Part shown: piece after piece, positions 20,101 to 31,700 of the stretch | How positions within the stretch are numbered: the first letter of the stretch is position 1 | Layout: each line of letters opens with the position of its first letter | Assembly: GCA_965212015.1 (NCBI GenBank) | Contig: OZ243037.1 | Coordinates: forward strand, 480,001 to 544,000 | DNA length: 64,000 nucleotides | From: Cenarchaeum sp. | GTDB taxonomy: Archaea > Thermoproteota > Nitrososphaeria > Nitrososphaerales > Nitrosopumilaceae | Direction: 5' to 3' | Made by a program: the position numbers and the translations under genes | The notes under the pieces: model-generated | What the model was told of the DNA's origin: nothing | Database searches by the model: none | The model's input: only the letters and a program-made list of their open reading frames with translations

Positions 20101-23100
20101 TCCGATGTCGCACCATACGTCAGCTCGTCCCCGTCCACATCCGTAAAGTGGCTCTCAACTTCTATCTCAAAGGAGTCAAAGTCCTCGTCCCTCACGATGT
20201 TATCGAACGGCGTCACCAGTGTGGGCGGATCATTTACCGGCGTCACCGTCATCTCAAAGCTGTCCTGTATCGATTCTGGCCCGTCGCTTGCCGTTATCGT
20301 CAATGTGGCCGCACCGTTCACGTCCTGTATGGAGCCGATCGTCAGCGTATTCCCAGAGACGGTCGCCGTGACCAGATCATCCTGTCCCGTCACATCATAC
20401 GTCAGCGCGTCCTCGTCCGGATCGCTGAAGTGACCAGACAGGTCTATCGTAAAGGCCTCAAAGTCCTCGTCCCGTGTGAGGTCTGGCAGCGATGTATCCA
20501 GTACCGGCACATCGTTTACGGAATCAACAGTCAGGCTGAACGCACCGCTTGCCGTTTCATCGTCCCCGTCGGTTGCCGTAACGGTGATTGTCGCGCTTCC
20601 AAACTCCATGCTTGTCGCGGTGATCTCTAGCATGTCATCGCTCGTGATTCGAACAGACACCACGTCCACATCCGATGTCGCACCATACGTCAGTACATCC
20701 TCATCCACGTCCGTAAAGTGGCTCTCAACTTCGATCTCAAAGGAGTCAAAGTCCTCGTCCCGTGTAATGTCCTCAAACGGCGAGGATAGTACGGGTGCAT
20801 CGTTTACAGGCGTCACAGTCAACACAAACTCATCCTGTGTGGTGGCCTCGCCGTCGGTTGCCGATATTCTCAGTGTGGCCGCACCGTTCACGTCCTGTAT
20901 GGATTCCACTGTCAGCATATTCCCAGAGACGGTTGCCGTGACGATGCCGCTCTGGCCGCTCACAGTATAATCCAGACCGGTACCGTCCGGATCACTGAAA
21001 TGATTCGACAGGTCTATCGTAAAGGCCTCAAAGTCCTCGTCCCGTGTGAGGTCTGGCAGCGATGTACCCAGTACCGGCACATCGTTTACGGAATCAACAG
21101 TCAGGCTGAACGCACCGCTTGCCGTTTCATCGTCCCCGTCGGTTGCCGTAACGGTGATTGTCGCGCTTCCAAACTCCATGCTTGTCGCGGTGATCTCTAG
21201 CATGTCATCGCTCGTGATTCGAACAGACACCACATCCACATCCGATGTTGCACCGTACGTCAGCGCGTCGCCGTCAACATCCGTAAAGTGGCTCTCAACT
21301 TCTATCTCAAAGGAGTCAAAGTCCTCGTCCCGTGTAATGTCCTCAAACGGCGAGGACAGTACGGGTGCATCGTTTACAGGCGTCACCGTCAACACAAACT
21401 CATCCTGTGTGGTGGCCTCGCCGTCGGTTGCCGATATTCTCAGTGTGGCCGCACCGTTCACGTCCTGTATGGATTCCACTGTCAGCATATTCCCAGAGAC
21501 GGTTGCCGTGACGATGCCGCTCTGGCCGCTCACAGTATAATCCAGACCGGTACCGTCCGGATCACTGAAATGATTCGACAGGTCTATCGTAAAGGCCTCA
21601 AAGTCCTCGTCCCGTGTGAGGTCTGGCAGCGATGTACCCAGTACCGGCACATCGTTTACGGAATCAACAGTAAGGATGAACTCATCGCTTACAGTTTCCC
21701 CGTCCCCGTCGGTTGCCGTAATGGTGATTGTCGCGCTTCCAAACTCCATGCTTGTCGCGGTGATCTCTAGCATGTCATCGCTCGTGATTAGAACAGACAC
21801 CACATCTACATCCGATGTCGCATCATACGTCAGCTCGTCCCCGTCCACGTCCGTAAAGTTGCCCGACGGGTCTATCGTGAACAAATCAAAGTCCTCGTTA
21901 CGCGTAATGTCATTGAACGGCGAGGACAGTACGGGTGCATCGTTTACGGGCGTCACAGTCAACACAAACTCATCCGGTGTGGTGGCCTCGCCGTCAGTTG
22001 CCGATATCCTCAGCGTGGCCGCACCGTTCACGTCCTGTATGGAGTCGATCGTCAGCACATTCCCAGAGACGGTTGCCGTGACCACACCACTCTGGCCGCT
22101 CACAGTGTATTCCAGGCCGGTACCGTCAGGATCACTGAAATGATTCGACAGGTCTATCGTAAAGGCCTCAAAGTCCTCGTCTTCTGTCCTGTCCGGCAGT
22201 TCCACGTTCAATACTGGCTCATCATTGACGGAGTCAACAGTAAGGATGAACTCATCGCTTGCCGTTTCCCCGGCCACGTCGCGGGCCGTAACGGTGATTG
22301 TCGCGCTTCCAAACTCCATGCTTGTAGACGAAATTTCCAGCATGTTGTTTACAATACTTACTGTTGCCGCACCTCCGACTACCGTCGCACCATACGTCAG
22401 CGCGTCGCCGTCAACATCCGCAAAGTGATCCGATGGGTCTATTGTAATGGTTGCAAAGTCCTCGTTACGCGTAATGTCCTCAAACGGCGAGGATAGTACG
22501 GGTGCATCGTTTACGGGCGTCACCGTCATCTCAAAGCTGTCTTGTGTGGTGGCCTCACCGTCGGTTGCCGATATTGTCAGTGTGGCCGCACCGTTCACGT
22601 CCTGTATGGAGTCGATCGTCAGCGTGTTTCCAGAGACGGATGCCGTGACCACACCACTCTGGCCGCTCACAGTGTATTCCATGCCGGTACCGTCAGGATC
22701 ACTGAAATGATTCGACAGGTCTATCGTAAAGGCCTCAAAGTCCTCGTCTTCTGTCCTGTCCGGCAGCTGCAAATCCGATACTGGGGGCGCCGTGTTGTCT
22801 ATATCGTTGGTGACTGGTTCATTTGTAAAGTCTTCAAGCGAGTTTGTCGCCAGATCCTCGATGTTACCAACCGTTCCGGTATAGGAGACCAGCGGCAAGT
22901 CTGCATTAGTTATGGAATCGTCCAGATTCAGGGTTATGGTGCTGCCAGATACTGCAATCGAGACGACTGACGGGTTTGTTGCCACACCAGAGATGGCAAA
23001 GTCGGTGGCAGTCGCGGATCTGTCAAAGACGGGCTCGGACATGTCAAGTGCGATAATGTTGCTGCCAGGTACCGAACCGCCCGTCACCGTCGGCGGTGTG

Positions 23101-25706
23101 GTGTCGATCGTGAATCGAACCGTGTTTGATACGACGCTGGGGTTTCCTTGGCCGTCGCGCGCGGCACCGGCCAGTATGGACACGGTTACCTCCCCGTCTG
23201 CGGTGGCCTGGATGTTAAAGTTGTAGACGGTGGCATTTGCCGGGACAAAGGTATGCTCCTGGATGCCTGCGGATCCGGACACTTTGATTCCCGTGGCGTT
23301 AAAGCCGGTTACGGGCTCGTCAAACCGTACGGTAAACGGTATAATTTCACGGTTGGTCAGATCTATGTTGCCGTTCGATACAGTCGGTACGGGCGCCGTG
23401 TTGTCTATATCGTTGGTGACCGGCTCATCCTCAAAGTCTGCAAGTCGGTTTGTCGCCAGATCCTCGATGGCACCGGATGATGCCGCATAGCTTACTGTAG
23501 GAGAATCACCGTCGGTTACGGCGTTGTTCAGGTTCAGGGTTATTGTACTGCCAGATACTGCAATCGAGACGACTGACGGGCCTGATGACACGCCGGAGAT
23601 GGCAAAGTCGGCGGCAGTCGCGGATCTGTCAAATACGGGCTCGGACATTTCAAGTACGATAATGTTGCTGCCAGGTACCGAACCGCCCGTCACCGTCGGC
23701 GGTGTGGTGTCGATCGTGAATCGAACCGTGTTTGATGCGACGCTGGGGTTTCCTTGGCCGTCGCGCGCGGCACCGGCAAGTATGGACACGGTTACCTCCC
23801 CGTCGTCGTCGGCCTGGATGTTAAAGTTGTAGACGGTGGCATTTGCCGGGACAAAGGTATGCTCCTGGACGCCTGCGGATTCGGACACCGCAATGTCCGT
23901 GGCGTTAAAGCCGGTTACGGGCTCGTCAAACCGTACGGTAAACGGTATAATTTCACGGTTGGTCAGATCTATGTTGCCGTTCGATACAGTCGGTACGGGC
24001 GCCGTGTTGTCTATATCGTTGGTGACCGGCTCATCCTCAAAGTCTGCAAGCGGGTTTGTCGCCGTATCGTTTATGCTTCCAAATCGTGCAACATACGTGA
24101 CTGTCAGGGAATCCGTCTCTACTATGTTGCGGTTGACTGTAATGTCTATCATACTGCCAGAGACCTCTACCGATTCTACCTGGCCGCCGGTGCTTATGCC
24201 AAATACGGTAAAGTCAAACGAAAGATCGCCGTCATCAATTACCGGCTCTGACATTACAAGGCGGATTGTAGTGGCGTCAAGTACCAAGGCCGTATCCACC
24301 ACCGGCGGTATGGTGTCGATTGTGACCGTGACGGGATCGGATGCCTCGCTGTCATTGCCCGCATCGTCGCGCGCGGCACCTGCCAGTATGGACGCTGTGA
24401 CTGTCCCGTCTGTGTCGCCGCGGTTTACATCAAAGGTATAGCTTGCGCCGTCGCCTTCCGGTATAGTCGCCGTGGCGCCCGATGTGCCCGTAACGCTGAT
24501 GCCGGACATGTCAAAGCCGGTTACTGACTCGCTGAATTCGACGGTATACGTAACGGTTTGAGAGTTTGTAAAGTCAGACGATGTGGTCTCAAAGGAGATT
24601 ATTGTCGGTGGCGTGTTGTCTATATCGTTGGTGACTATTTGGTTTGCAAAGTCTGCAAGCGGGTTTGTCGCCGTATCGTTTATGCTTCCAAATTGTGCGG
24701 CATACGTGACTGTCAGGGAATCCGTCTCTACCATGTTGCGGTTGACTGTAATGTCTATCATACTGCCAGAGACCTCTACTGATTCGACCTGGCCGCCGGA
24801 GCTTATGCCAAATACGGTAAAGTCAAACGAAAGATCGCCGGTCTCAGATACCGGCTCTGACATTACAAGGCGGACCGTTCTTGCGTCCAGTACGGATGCG
24901 CTATCCACCTCCGGCGCTATCCTGTCTATCGTGATCTCGTGCAGTGACGATTCAATGTTTGAATTTCCCGCAGCATCAGTCGCAATAAATGGAAGCACCT
25001 GCGCAGTCACGTTACCCTCGTTTATGCCGTGAGAAATGGTAAAGTCATAGACGCCGGCAGAGACCTCTACAATTGAGGGCACCGCCAGAGAGATGCCGCG
25101 GGCAGACACGCCGATATCAGATGCTACAAATTCGTCCACATCCTCGCCAAAGTCCACTGTATACTGTATTGCGGCAGAGTTTGTCAGTCCAGTCGCGTTG
25201 GCAGATATGGTCGGAACAGGACGCTCCGTGTCTATTGTGATTGTAATTTCATCTGATGCCTCGCTGTCATTGCCCGCATCATCGCGCGCGGCGCCTTCTG
25301 ATAGCGAGACAATTACCGTGCCGTCAGTTGTGCCGCGGGTCACAGTAAAGGTATGGCTTGCACCAGAACCAGTCGGGGTATTTGCCGCGGCACCGGAGGT
25401 TCCCGTGACGCTGATGCCGGACACACTATCAAAGGTGACCGGCTCGCTGAATACGACATCATACGTGATGGTGGAGACCCTTGTGGGATTGGATGATGTG
25501 GTCGTAAAGGAGATTATCGTCGGCGATGTGTCGTCTGCCTCGTTGGAGATTGTACGTGTAAAGTCTGCAAGCGGGTTTTCCGCCGGATCCGTGACGGTGC
25601 CGGCCGATGCCGCATATGTTACCGCAGGCGTGTCCGTGTCGATTATGGCATTGTTCAGGTTCAGGGTTATGGTATTCCCCGATACTACAATCGAGGTGAT
25701 TCCCGA
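17181..25706 (-). CDS. Giant surface protein A, 3' part: Ig-like/SwmB-like repeats, 14 cadherin-like 95-aa repeats and the conserved C-terminal domain. It is in frame with the 5' part beyond a single TAA.
   Basis: Track ORF 17181..25424 (2747 aa) starts mid-domain, and the frame stays open up to 25706. 25709-25424 = 285 = 95 codons, the same frame as the upstream ORF. Confidence 0.85.
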   Translation of the reverse strand, partial: SGITSIVVSGNTITLNLNNAIIDTDTPAVTYAASAGTVTDPAENPLADFTRTISNEADDTSPTIISFTTTSSNPTRVSTITYDVVFSEPVTFDSVSGISVTGTSGAAANTPTGSGASHTFTVTRGTTDGTVIVSLSEGAARDDAGNDSEASDEITITIDTERPVPTISANATGLTNSAAIQYTVDFGEDVDEFVASDIGVSARGISLAVPSIVEVSAGVYDFTISHGINEGNVTAQVLPFIATDAAGNSNIESSLHEITIDRIAPEVDSASVLDARTVRLVMSEPVSETGDLSFDFTVFGISSGGQVESVEVSGSMIDITVNRNMVETDSLTVTYAAQFGSINDTATNPLADFANQIVTNDIDNTPPTIISFETTSSDFTNSQTVTYTVEFSESVTGFDMSGISVTGTSGATATIPEGDGASYTFDVNRGDTDGTVTASILAGAARDDAGNDSEASDPVTVTIDTIPPVVDTALVLDATTIRLVMSEPVIDDGDLSFDFTVFGISTGGQVESVEVSGSMIDITVNRNIVETDSLTVTYVARFGSINDTATNPLADFEDEPVTNDIDNTAPVPTVSNGNIDLTNREIIPFTVRFDEPVTGFNATDIAVSESAGVQEHTFVPANATVYNFNIQADDDGEVTVSILAGAARDGQGNPSVASNTVRFTIDTTPPTVTGGSVPGSNIIVLEMSEPVFDRSATAADFAISGVSSGPSVVSIAVSGSTITLNLNNAVTDGDSPTVSYAASSGAIEDLATNRLADFEDEPVTNDIDNTAPVPTVSNGNIDLTNREIIPFTVRFDEPVTGFNATGIKVSGSAGIQEHTFVPANATVYNFNIQATADGEVTVSILAGAARDGQGNPSVVSNTVRFTIDTTPPTVTGGSVPGSNIIALDMSEPVFDRSATATDFAISGVATNPSVVSIAVSGSTITLNLDDSITNADLPLVSYTGTVGNIEDLATNSLEDFTNEPVTNDIDNTAPPVSDLQLPDRTEDEDFEAFTIDLSNHFSDPDGTGMEYTVSGQSGVVTASVSGNTLTIDSIQDVNGAATLTISATDGEATTQDSFEMTVTPVNDAPVLSSPFEDITRNEDFATITIDPSDHFADVDGDALTYGATVVGGAATVSIVNNMLEISSTSMEFGSATITVTARDVAGETASDEFILTVDSVNDEPVLNVELPDRTEDEDFEAFTIDLSNHFSDPDGTGLEYTVSGQSGVVTATVSGNVLTIDSIQDVNGAATLRISATDGEATTPDEFVLTVTPVNDAPVLSSPFNDITRNEDFDLFTIDPSGNFTDVDGDELTYDATSDVDVVSVLITSDDMLEITATSMEFGSATITITATDGDGETVSDEFILTVDSVNDVPVLGTSLPDLTRDEDFEAFTIDLSNHFSDPDGTGLDYTVSGQSGIVTATVSGNMLTVESIQDVNGAATLRISATDGEATTQDEFVLTVTPVNDAPVLSSPFEDITRDEDFDSFEIEVESHFTDVDGDALTYGATSDVDVVSVRITSDDMLEITATSMEFGSATITVTATDGDDETASGAFSLTVDSVNDVPVLGTSLPDLTRDEDFEAFTIDLSNHFSDPDGTGLDYTVSGQSGIVTATVSGNMLTVESIQDVNGAATLRISATDGEATTQDEFVLTVTPVNDAPVLSSPFEDITRDEDFDSFEIEVESHFTDVDEDVLTYGATSDVDVVSVRITSDDMLEITATSMEFGSATITVTATDGDDETASGAFSLTVDSVNDVPVLDTSLPDLTRDEDFEAFTIDLSGHFSDPDEDALTYDVTGQDDLVTATVSGNTLTIGSIQDVNGAATLTITASDGPESIQDSFEMTVTPVNDPPTLVTPFDNIVRDEDFDSFEIEVESHFTDVDGDELTYGATSDVDVVSVVITNDDMLEITATSMEFGSATITVMATDGDGETVSDEFILTVDSVNDVPVLDTSLPDLTRDEDFEAFTIDLSNHFSDPDGNGLEYTVSGQSGVVTATVSGNTLTIGSIQDVNGAATLTITASDGPESIQDSFEMTVTPVNDPPTLVTPFDNIVRDEDFDSFEIEVESHFTDVDGDELTYGATSDVDVVSVVITNDDMLEITATSMEFGSATITVMATDGDGETVSDEFILTVDSVNDVPVLDTSLPDLTRDEDFEAFTIDLSGHFSDPDEDALTYDVTGQDDLVTATVSGNTLTIGSIQDVNGAATLTISATDGEATIQDEFVLTVTPVNDPPTLVTQFDDIMRDEDFDSFEIEVESHFTDVDEDVLTYDATSVGNAATVSIVNNMLEISSTSMEFGSATITVTARDDDGETASDEFILTVDSVNDVGPKPILSTTDELKRNNGIVQFSVMFDVNVIGFNETAVNVGGNTMDGTTMGINDLGFMIDIYEISTPGSIFGTASNTSPSDMFNFTLTYDGDDGMVPVYIPAGSVMNQEGNPNIDSNMIDLEFDFTDPTVTGVRMMNSTAILLAMSEPVNNIDSVNVTDFKVSNMTIESIPGPMYADNIALSNNQSVILHFKDPIPEYHTPQVTYTQTDGFIKDDVTNTLKNFTRALSTSSDDRTGDPGWRTKPTFGSSHITGDPIVSCGYSIDGRCTDVLDYHVNYTRQTIQTNSTHDFALKTYAQRGVKQFELAFSVPDIGAPINSAEAVITIDLVRNYTEPSTHSIDKISYTNKNNVIGQNATFAVSQVKCLPGDPELDCIQLDITGVLFREEMYHVPFAIHATDYKLRGTINYLNEGILVQGETLNELPVVTRSTKSASQSEPLVIQLTRTDKLADIWTDQFGDTWTKNEWDTWRYVDRPTPSMVSSCRDIDNRACDAFAEKLDWHTTNMERIRDALYGKIYTEPAFDDLKETIIIFDTDGASTEP
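18800..22790 (-). repeat. Seven tandem ~570-bp units (14 alternating ~95-aa VNDxP cadherin/tandem-95-like Ig modules)
   Basis: Recurrent DEDF...F(S/T)D(P/V)D...V(TP/DS)VND(A/V/P/E)P; near-identical DNA with a 570-bp period (e.g. 19321/19891/20461/21031/21601). Confidence 0.92.
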
Positions 25707-28700
25707 TTAGAGCGTTACGCCGGAGATGGTAAAGTCGGCTTCATTACCGCCCGTTACGTCCTCGGATATCTCCAGTACGATGGTGTTGCTGTCCGGTATG
25801 GAATCGCCAGTCACCGTCGGCGGCGTGATATCGAATGTAAATACGACGACATTTGACGTCGTGCTGAGGTTTTGGTCATCATCAACTGCGGCGCCATGGG
25901 CAATGAATACGGTTATCTCGCCGTCCGAATCTACACGCTCCACATCAAAGGTATAGTCCACATTGTCATCTGTAACAAGGCTGCCCGGAACGACTCTGGC
26001 CGGTCCATTCACGGTAATCTCGTCCTCGGCAAGGCCGGTTACGGACTCGTCAAACCGTACGGTAAACGGCAGCGGAGACTGGTTGGTCAGCGATATGTCG
26101 CCGTTTGATACCGTGGGTGTCGGCGGCGTGGTGTCAAGCTCGTTTGTAACTGTAAAGCCGGAGAAATCCGCAAGAATGTTTGTCGCAGTGTCGTTTATGC
26201 TTCCGGTAGTTCTGGCGTATGATAGCACCAGGACGTCATCATCTTCTATGTCAATTTCGAATGCAAGGTCGATTGTATTGTCACCAAAGGTTGCGGACAG
26301 GGGATCCGGATCCGTGGCAATGCCAGATACCCTAAAGTTAAACGGAACAGATTCACTGTCGACTATACCCTCGGACATTACAAGTCGGACCGTTCTTGCG
26401 TCCAGTACGGATGCGCTATCCACCTCCGGCGGTACCCTGTCGACTGTAAGCACGAGCGGAACCGATGCGGCGTTTGTGTTGCCCGCAAGATCCGTTGCCG
26501 CACCCGCGCGCACGGACGCCGTCAATTCTCCCTCGGTAATGTCGTGGCTTACACCATAGGTGTAGGTAACGCCGCTGCCCCCAAAGATTACGGTGGTCTC
26601 CGACGATCCTTCCAACACTATATCATCAAAGGAGACGCCGGTTATGGTTTCGTCAAAGCTTGCCTCATACTGGATGGTTCCAAGGTTGGTCGGCGACTGC
26701 GCATCGGCAGATATTGTAACGGTCGGGGGTATGGTGTCTATCGTGCGGGTGACCGAACCTGATGCGGTGTTTGGGTTGCCCGCATCATCACGCGCGGCAT
26801 CTTCCGGTATCAACACTGTAATCGTGCCGTCGGTACTGCCGCGGTTCACGGTAAAGGTATATTCCGCACCGCTGCCCGTCGGGGCATTCACCGTGCCGCC
26901 GGATGTACCCGTGATGGTGACATCGGATGCATCATCAAAGCCGGTTACGGATTCACTGAACCGTACTGTAAACGTAATGCTCGTAGAGTTTGTGTGCTCG
27001 GGCAGTGTGGTCTCAAAGATGGTTATAGTCGGCCTCGTGGTGTCAATTTCATTCTCCACTGTATGGTCTGTGAATGCGGCAAGCGGGTTTGTCGCCAGAT
27101 CCTCGATGCTGCCGGCCGTTCCGGTGTATGAGACTGCGGGATTGTCGGCATCCGTTATGAGGCCGTTTAATTCCAGCGTTACCGTGCTGCCGGTAATGAC
27201 AATGGAGGAGACCGACGGGTTTGTCGCCACGCCAGATATGGTAAAGTCGGATGCCGCACCACCGGAGACGGATTCGGATATCTCCAGTATGATGGTGTCA
27301 GTATCAGATACCGAGGCGGCAATCACGGTCGGCGGAGTGGCGTCTGTCATGATTTCAACTGGTGATGATGAAAAGCTGAGATTATCATCCGTATCGCGTG
27401 CGGCGCCCTCCAGTATAGTGACGGTGACGATCCCGTCAGATACCCCTCGGGTGACAACAAATTCATAGTCTCTGCCCGTACCCGTCGGTTCTGCTACCGT
27501 GCCGCCGGAGGTTCCCGTGACGCCGATGCCGGCCGCGCTAAAGCCGGTGACGGACTCGCTGAATTGTACTGTATATGTTATGGTCTGCGAGTTTGTGGGA
27601 TTGGGTGATCCTGTTCCAAAGGAGGTTACCGACGGCCTCGTGGTGTCAATTTCGTTGGTTACTGTAAAGCCGGCAAAGTTTGCAAGCCGGTTTGTCGCAG
27701 GATCCTCGATTTCTCCGGCAGTCCGGGCATAGGAGACTGTGGGATTGTCGGCATCAGTCAGGGACGGGGCCAGGCTCAGCTCTACCGTACTGCCGGATAC
27801 AGATAACGATGATACCACATGGTTGGATGCGGTACCAGCGATGGTAAAGTCAGAGGCGGTGGCGCCATCATCAGATACCGGTTCTGAGAGATCGAGCCGG
27901 ATTATATTCGGGTTTACCACCTCGGCGCCGGTTACCGTCGGCGGCGTGGCATCGACTGTTATTTCAACTGGTGATGATGCAAAGCTGAGATTATCATCCG
28001 TATCGCGTGCGGCATTCTCCAGTATCGTGACAGTTACGATTCCGTCAGATACCCCTCGGGTGACGACAAATTCATAGTCTCTGCCCGTACCCGTCGGTTC
28101 TGCTACCGTGCCGCCGGAGGTTCCCGTGACGCCGATGCCGGCCGCGCTAAATCCGGTGACGGACTCGCTGAATTGTACTGTATATGTTATGGTCTGCGAG
28201 TTTGTGGGATTCGATGATGTGGTGGTAAAGTCAGTTACCGACGGCCTCGTGGTGTCAATTTCATTCTCCACTGTATGGTCTGTGAATGCGGCAAGCGGGT
28301 TTGTCGCCAGATCCTCGATGCTGTCGGCCGTTCCTGTATAGGAGATTAGCGGTGTGTCGGCATCCGTTATGAGGCCGTTTAATTCCAGCGTTACCGTGCT
28401 GCCGGTGATGACAATGGAGGAGACCGACGGGTTTGTTGCCACACCGTTTATGGTAAAGTCAGATGCCGCGCCGCCAGAGACGGGCTCGGATATCTCCAGT
28501 ATAATGGTGTCAGTATCAGATACCGAGGCTCCAGTTACAGTAGGCGCTATCCTGTCTATCGTGATCTCGTGCAGTGACGATTCAATGTTTGAATTTCCCG
28601 CAGCATCAGTCGCAATAAATGGAAGCACCTGCGCAGTCACGTTACCCTCGTTTATGCCGTGAGAAATGGTAAAGTCATAGACGCCGGCAGAGACCTCTAC

Positions 28701-31700
28701 AATTGAGGGTACCGCCAGAGAGATGCCGCGGGCAGACACGCCGATATCAGATGCTACAAATTCGTCCACATCCTCGCCAAAGTCCACTGTATACTGTATT
28801 GCGGCAGAGTTTGTCAGTCCAGTCGCGTTGGCAGATATGGTCGGGACAGGACGCTGCGTGTCTATTGTGATTGTAATTTCATCTGATGCCTCGCTGGGAT
28901 TGCCCGCATCATCGCGCGCGGCGCCTTCTGATAGCGAGACAATTACCGTGCCGTCAGTTGTGCCGCGGGTCACAGTAAAGGTATGGCTTGCACCAGAACC
29001 AGTCGGAGTATTTGCCGCGGCACCGGAGGTTCCCGTGACGCTGATGCCGGACACACTATCAAAGGTTACCGGCTCGCTGAATACGACATCATACGTGATG
29101 GTGGAGACCCTTGTGGGATTGGATGATGTGGTCGTAAAGGAGATTATCGTCGGCGATGTGTCGTCTGCCTCGTTGGAGATTGCACGTGTAAAGCCGGCAA
29201 GCGGGTTTTCCGCCGGATCCGTGACGGTGCCGTCCGATTCCACATAGGTTACTGTCAGAGAGCCGCCGTCCGGTATGGAATCGCTCAGGTTCAGAGTTAT
29301 GGTATTATCCGATACTACAATCGTATTGACCGTTAGTGCGGGCGTTATACCAGAGAGGACAAATTCGGATGCGACACCGCCGGTCACGGGCTCGGATGTC
29401 TCCAGTACGATGGTGTTGCTGTCCGGTATGGAATCGCCAGTCACCGCCGGCGCCACAGTGTCGATTGTAAATACGACGACATTTGACGTCGTGCTGAGGT
29501 TTTGGTCATCATCAATTGCGGCGCCCTGGGCCAGGAACACGGTTATCTCGCCGTCCGAATCTACACGCTCCACATCAAAGTTATAGTGGGTGGTATTTAC
29601 CGGTGCAAAGCTGCCCGGAACGACTCTGGCCGGTCCATTCACGGTAATCTCGTCCTCGGCAAGGCCGGTTACGGACTCGTCAAACCGTACAGTAAACGGC
29701 AGCGATAATTGGTTGGTCAGCGATATGTCGCCGTTTGATACCGTGGGTGTCGGCGGCGTGGTGTCAAGGTCGTTTGTAACTGTAACGCCGGAGAAATCCG
29801 CAAGAATGTTTGTCGCAGTGTCGTTTATGCTTCCGGTGGTTCTGGTGTATGATAGCTCTAGGACGTCATCATCTTCTATGTCGATTTCGAATGCAAGGTC
29901 GATTGTATTGTCACCAAAGGTTGCGGACAGGGGATCCGGATCCGTGGCAATGCCAGATACCCTAAAGTTAAACGGAACAGATTCACTGTCGACTATACCC
30001 TCGGACATTACAAGGCGGACCGTTCTTGCGTCCAGTACGGATGCACTATCCACCTCCGGCGGTATCCTGTCGACTATATGTGCAAGCTGGCCTCGGGCGG
30101 TCACGTATCCTGCGTCATCGGTTGCAGCTCCCGCCTCCACGGATACGGTTACGGTCCCCGTGCCTATACCGTGGGTTACATCAAAGGTATAGGCGGTGGA
30201 ATTTACCCTGACAAAGCCTGCCGGGTCGTTTTCAGAGCCTGTCACGGCAATATCACCCTCATCAAAGCCGTTGACGGACTCGCTAAAGCGCACCGTGTAG
30301 GTTATCTCGGCAGAGTTTGTCGGAGATTCTACGTCCGCAGTTATCTCCAGGGTCGGGGGCACCGTGTCTACGATAATCGAAAACACCTCGGATGCCGTGT
30401 TTTCGTTTCCGGCATGGTCAGTTGCAGCACCGGCCGGTATCTGTACGGTCAGTTCCCCGTCTGTGTCGGCCACTAGGTTAAACCTGTAGGAATCATCATT
30501 ATTGTCGTCAAAGTTTGCAACGCTTGCGGATCCGGACACTTTGATTCCCGTGGCATTAAAGCCGGTTACGGATTCGTCAAAGGTGACGGTAAACGGTATG
30601 TTTCTAAACTGCGTGATGCCTGATTCGTCGCTGGATATGGTCGGTACGGGCGCCGTGTTGTCTATATCGTTGGTGACCGGCTCATCCTCAAAGTCTGCAA
30701 GTCGGTTTGTCGCCAGATCCTCGATGGCACCGGATGATGCCGCATAGCTTACTGTAGGAGAATCACCGTCGGTTACGGCGTTGTTCAGGTTCAGGGTTAT
30801 TGTACTGCCAGATACTGCAATCGAGGCGACTGACGGGCCTGATGACACGCCGGAGATGGCAAAGTCGTCGGCGGCCGCGGATCTGTCAAAGACGGGCTCG
30901 GACATGTCAAGTGTGATAATGTTGCTGCCAGGTACCGAACCGCCCGTCACCGTCGGCGGTGTGGTGTCGATCGTGAATCGAACCTGGTTTGATGCGACGC
31001 TGGGGTTTCCTTGGCCGTCGCGCGCGGCACCGGCAAGTATGGACACGGTTACCTCCCCGTCTTCGGCGGCCTGGATGTTAAAGTTGTAGACGGTGGCGTT
31101 TGCCGGGACAAAGGTATGCTCCTGGACGCCTGCGGATTCGGACACTTTGATTCCCGTGGCATTAAAGCCGGTTACGGGCTCGTCAAACCGTACGGTAAAC
31201 GGTATAATTTCACGGTTGGTCAGATCTATGTTGCCGTTCGATACAGTCGGTACGGGCGCCGTGTTGTCTATATCGTTGGTGACCGGCTCATCCTCAAAGT
31301 CTGCAAGCGGGTTTGTCGCTGTATCGTTTATGCTTCCAAATCGTGCAACATACGTGACTGTCAGGGAATCCGTCTCTACTATGTTGCGGTTGACTGTAAT
31401 GTCTATCATACTGCCAGAGACCTCTACCGATTCTACCTGGCCGCCGGTGCTTATGCCAAATACGGTAAAGTCAAACGAAAGATCGCCGTCATCAATTACC
31501 GGCTCTGACATTACAAGGCGGATTGTAGTGGCGTCAAGTACCGAGGCCGTATCCACCACCGGCGGTATGGTGTCGATTGTGACAGTGACGGGATCGGATG
31601 CCTCGCTGGGATTTCCCGCATCGTCGCGCGCGGCACCTGCCAGTATGGATGCTGTGACTGTCCCGTCCGTGTCGCCGCGGTTTACATCAAAGGTATAGCT

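Noticed and set aside
25707-25709. Programmed readthrough (Sec/Pyl) of the internal stop
   Set aside because: The stop is TAA, not TGA or TAG, and the local sequence is better explained by a compensated indel.
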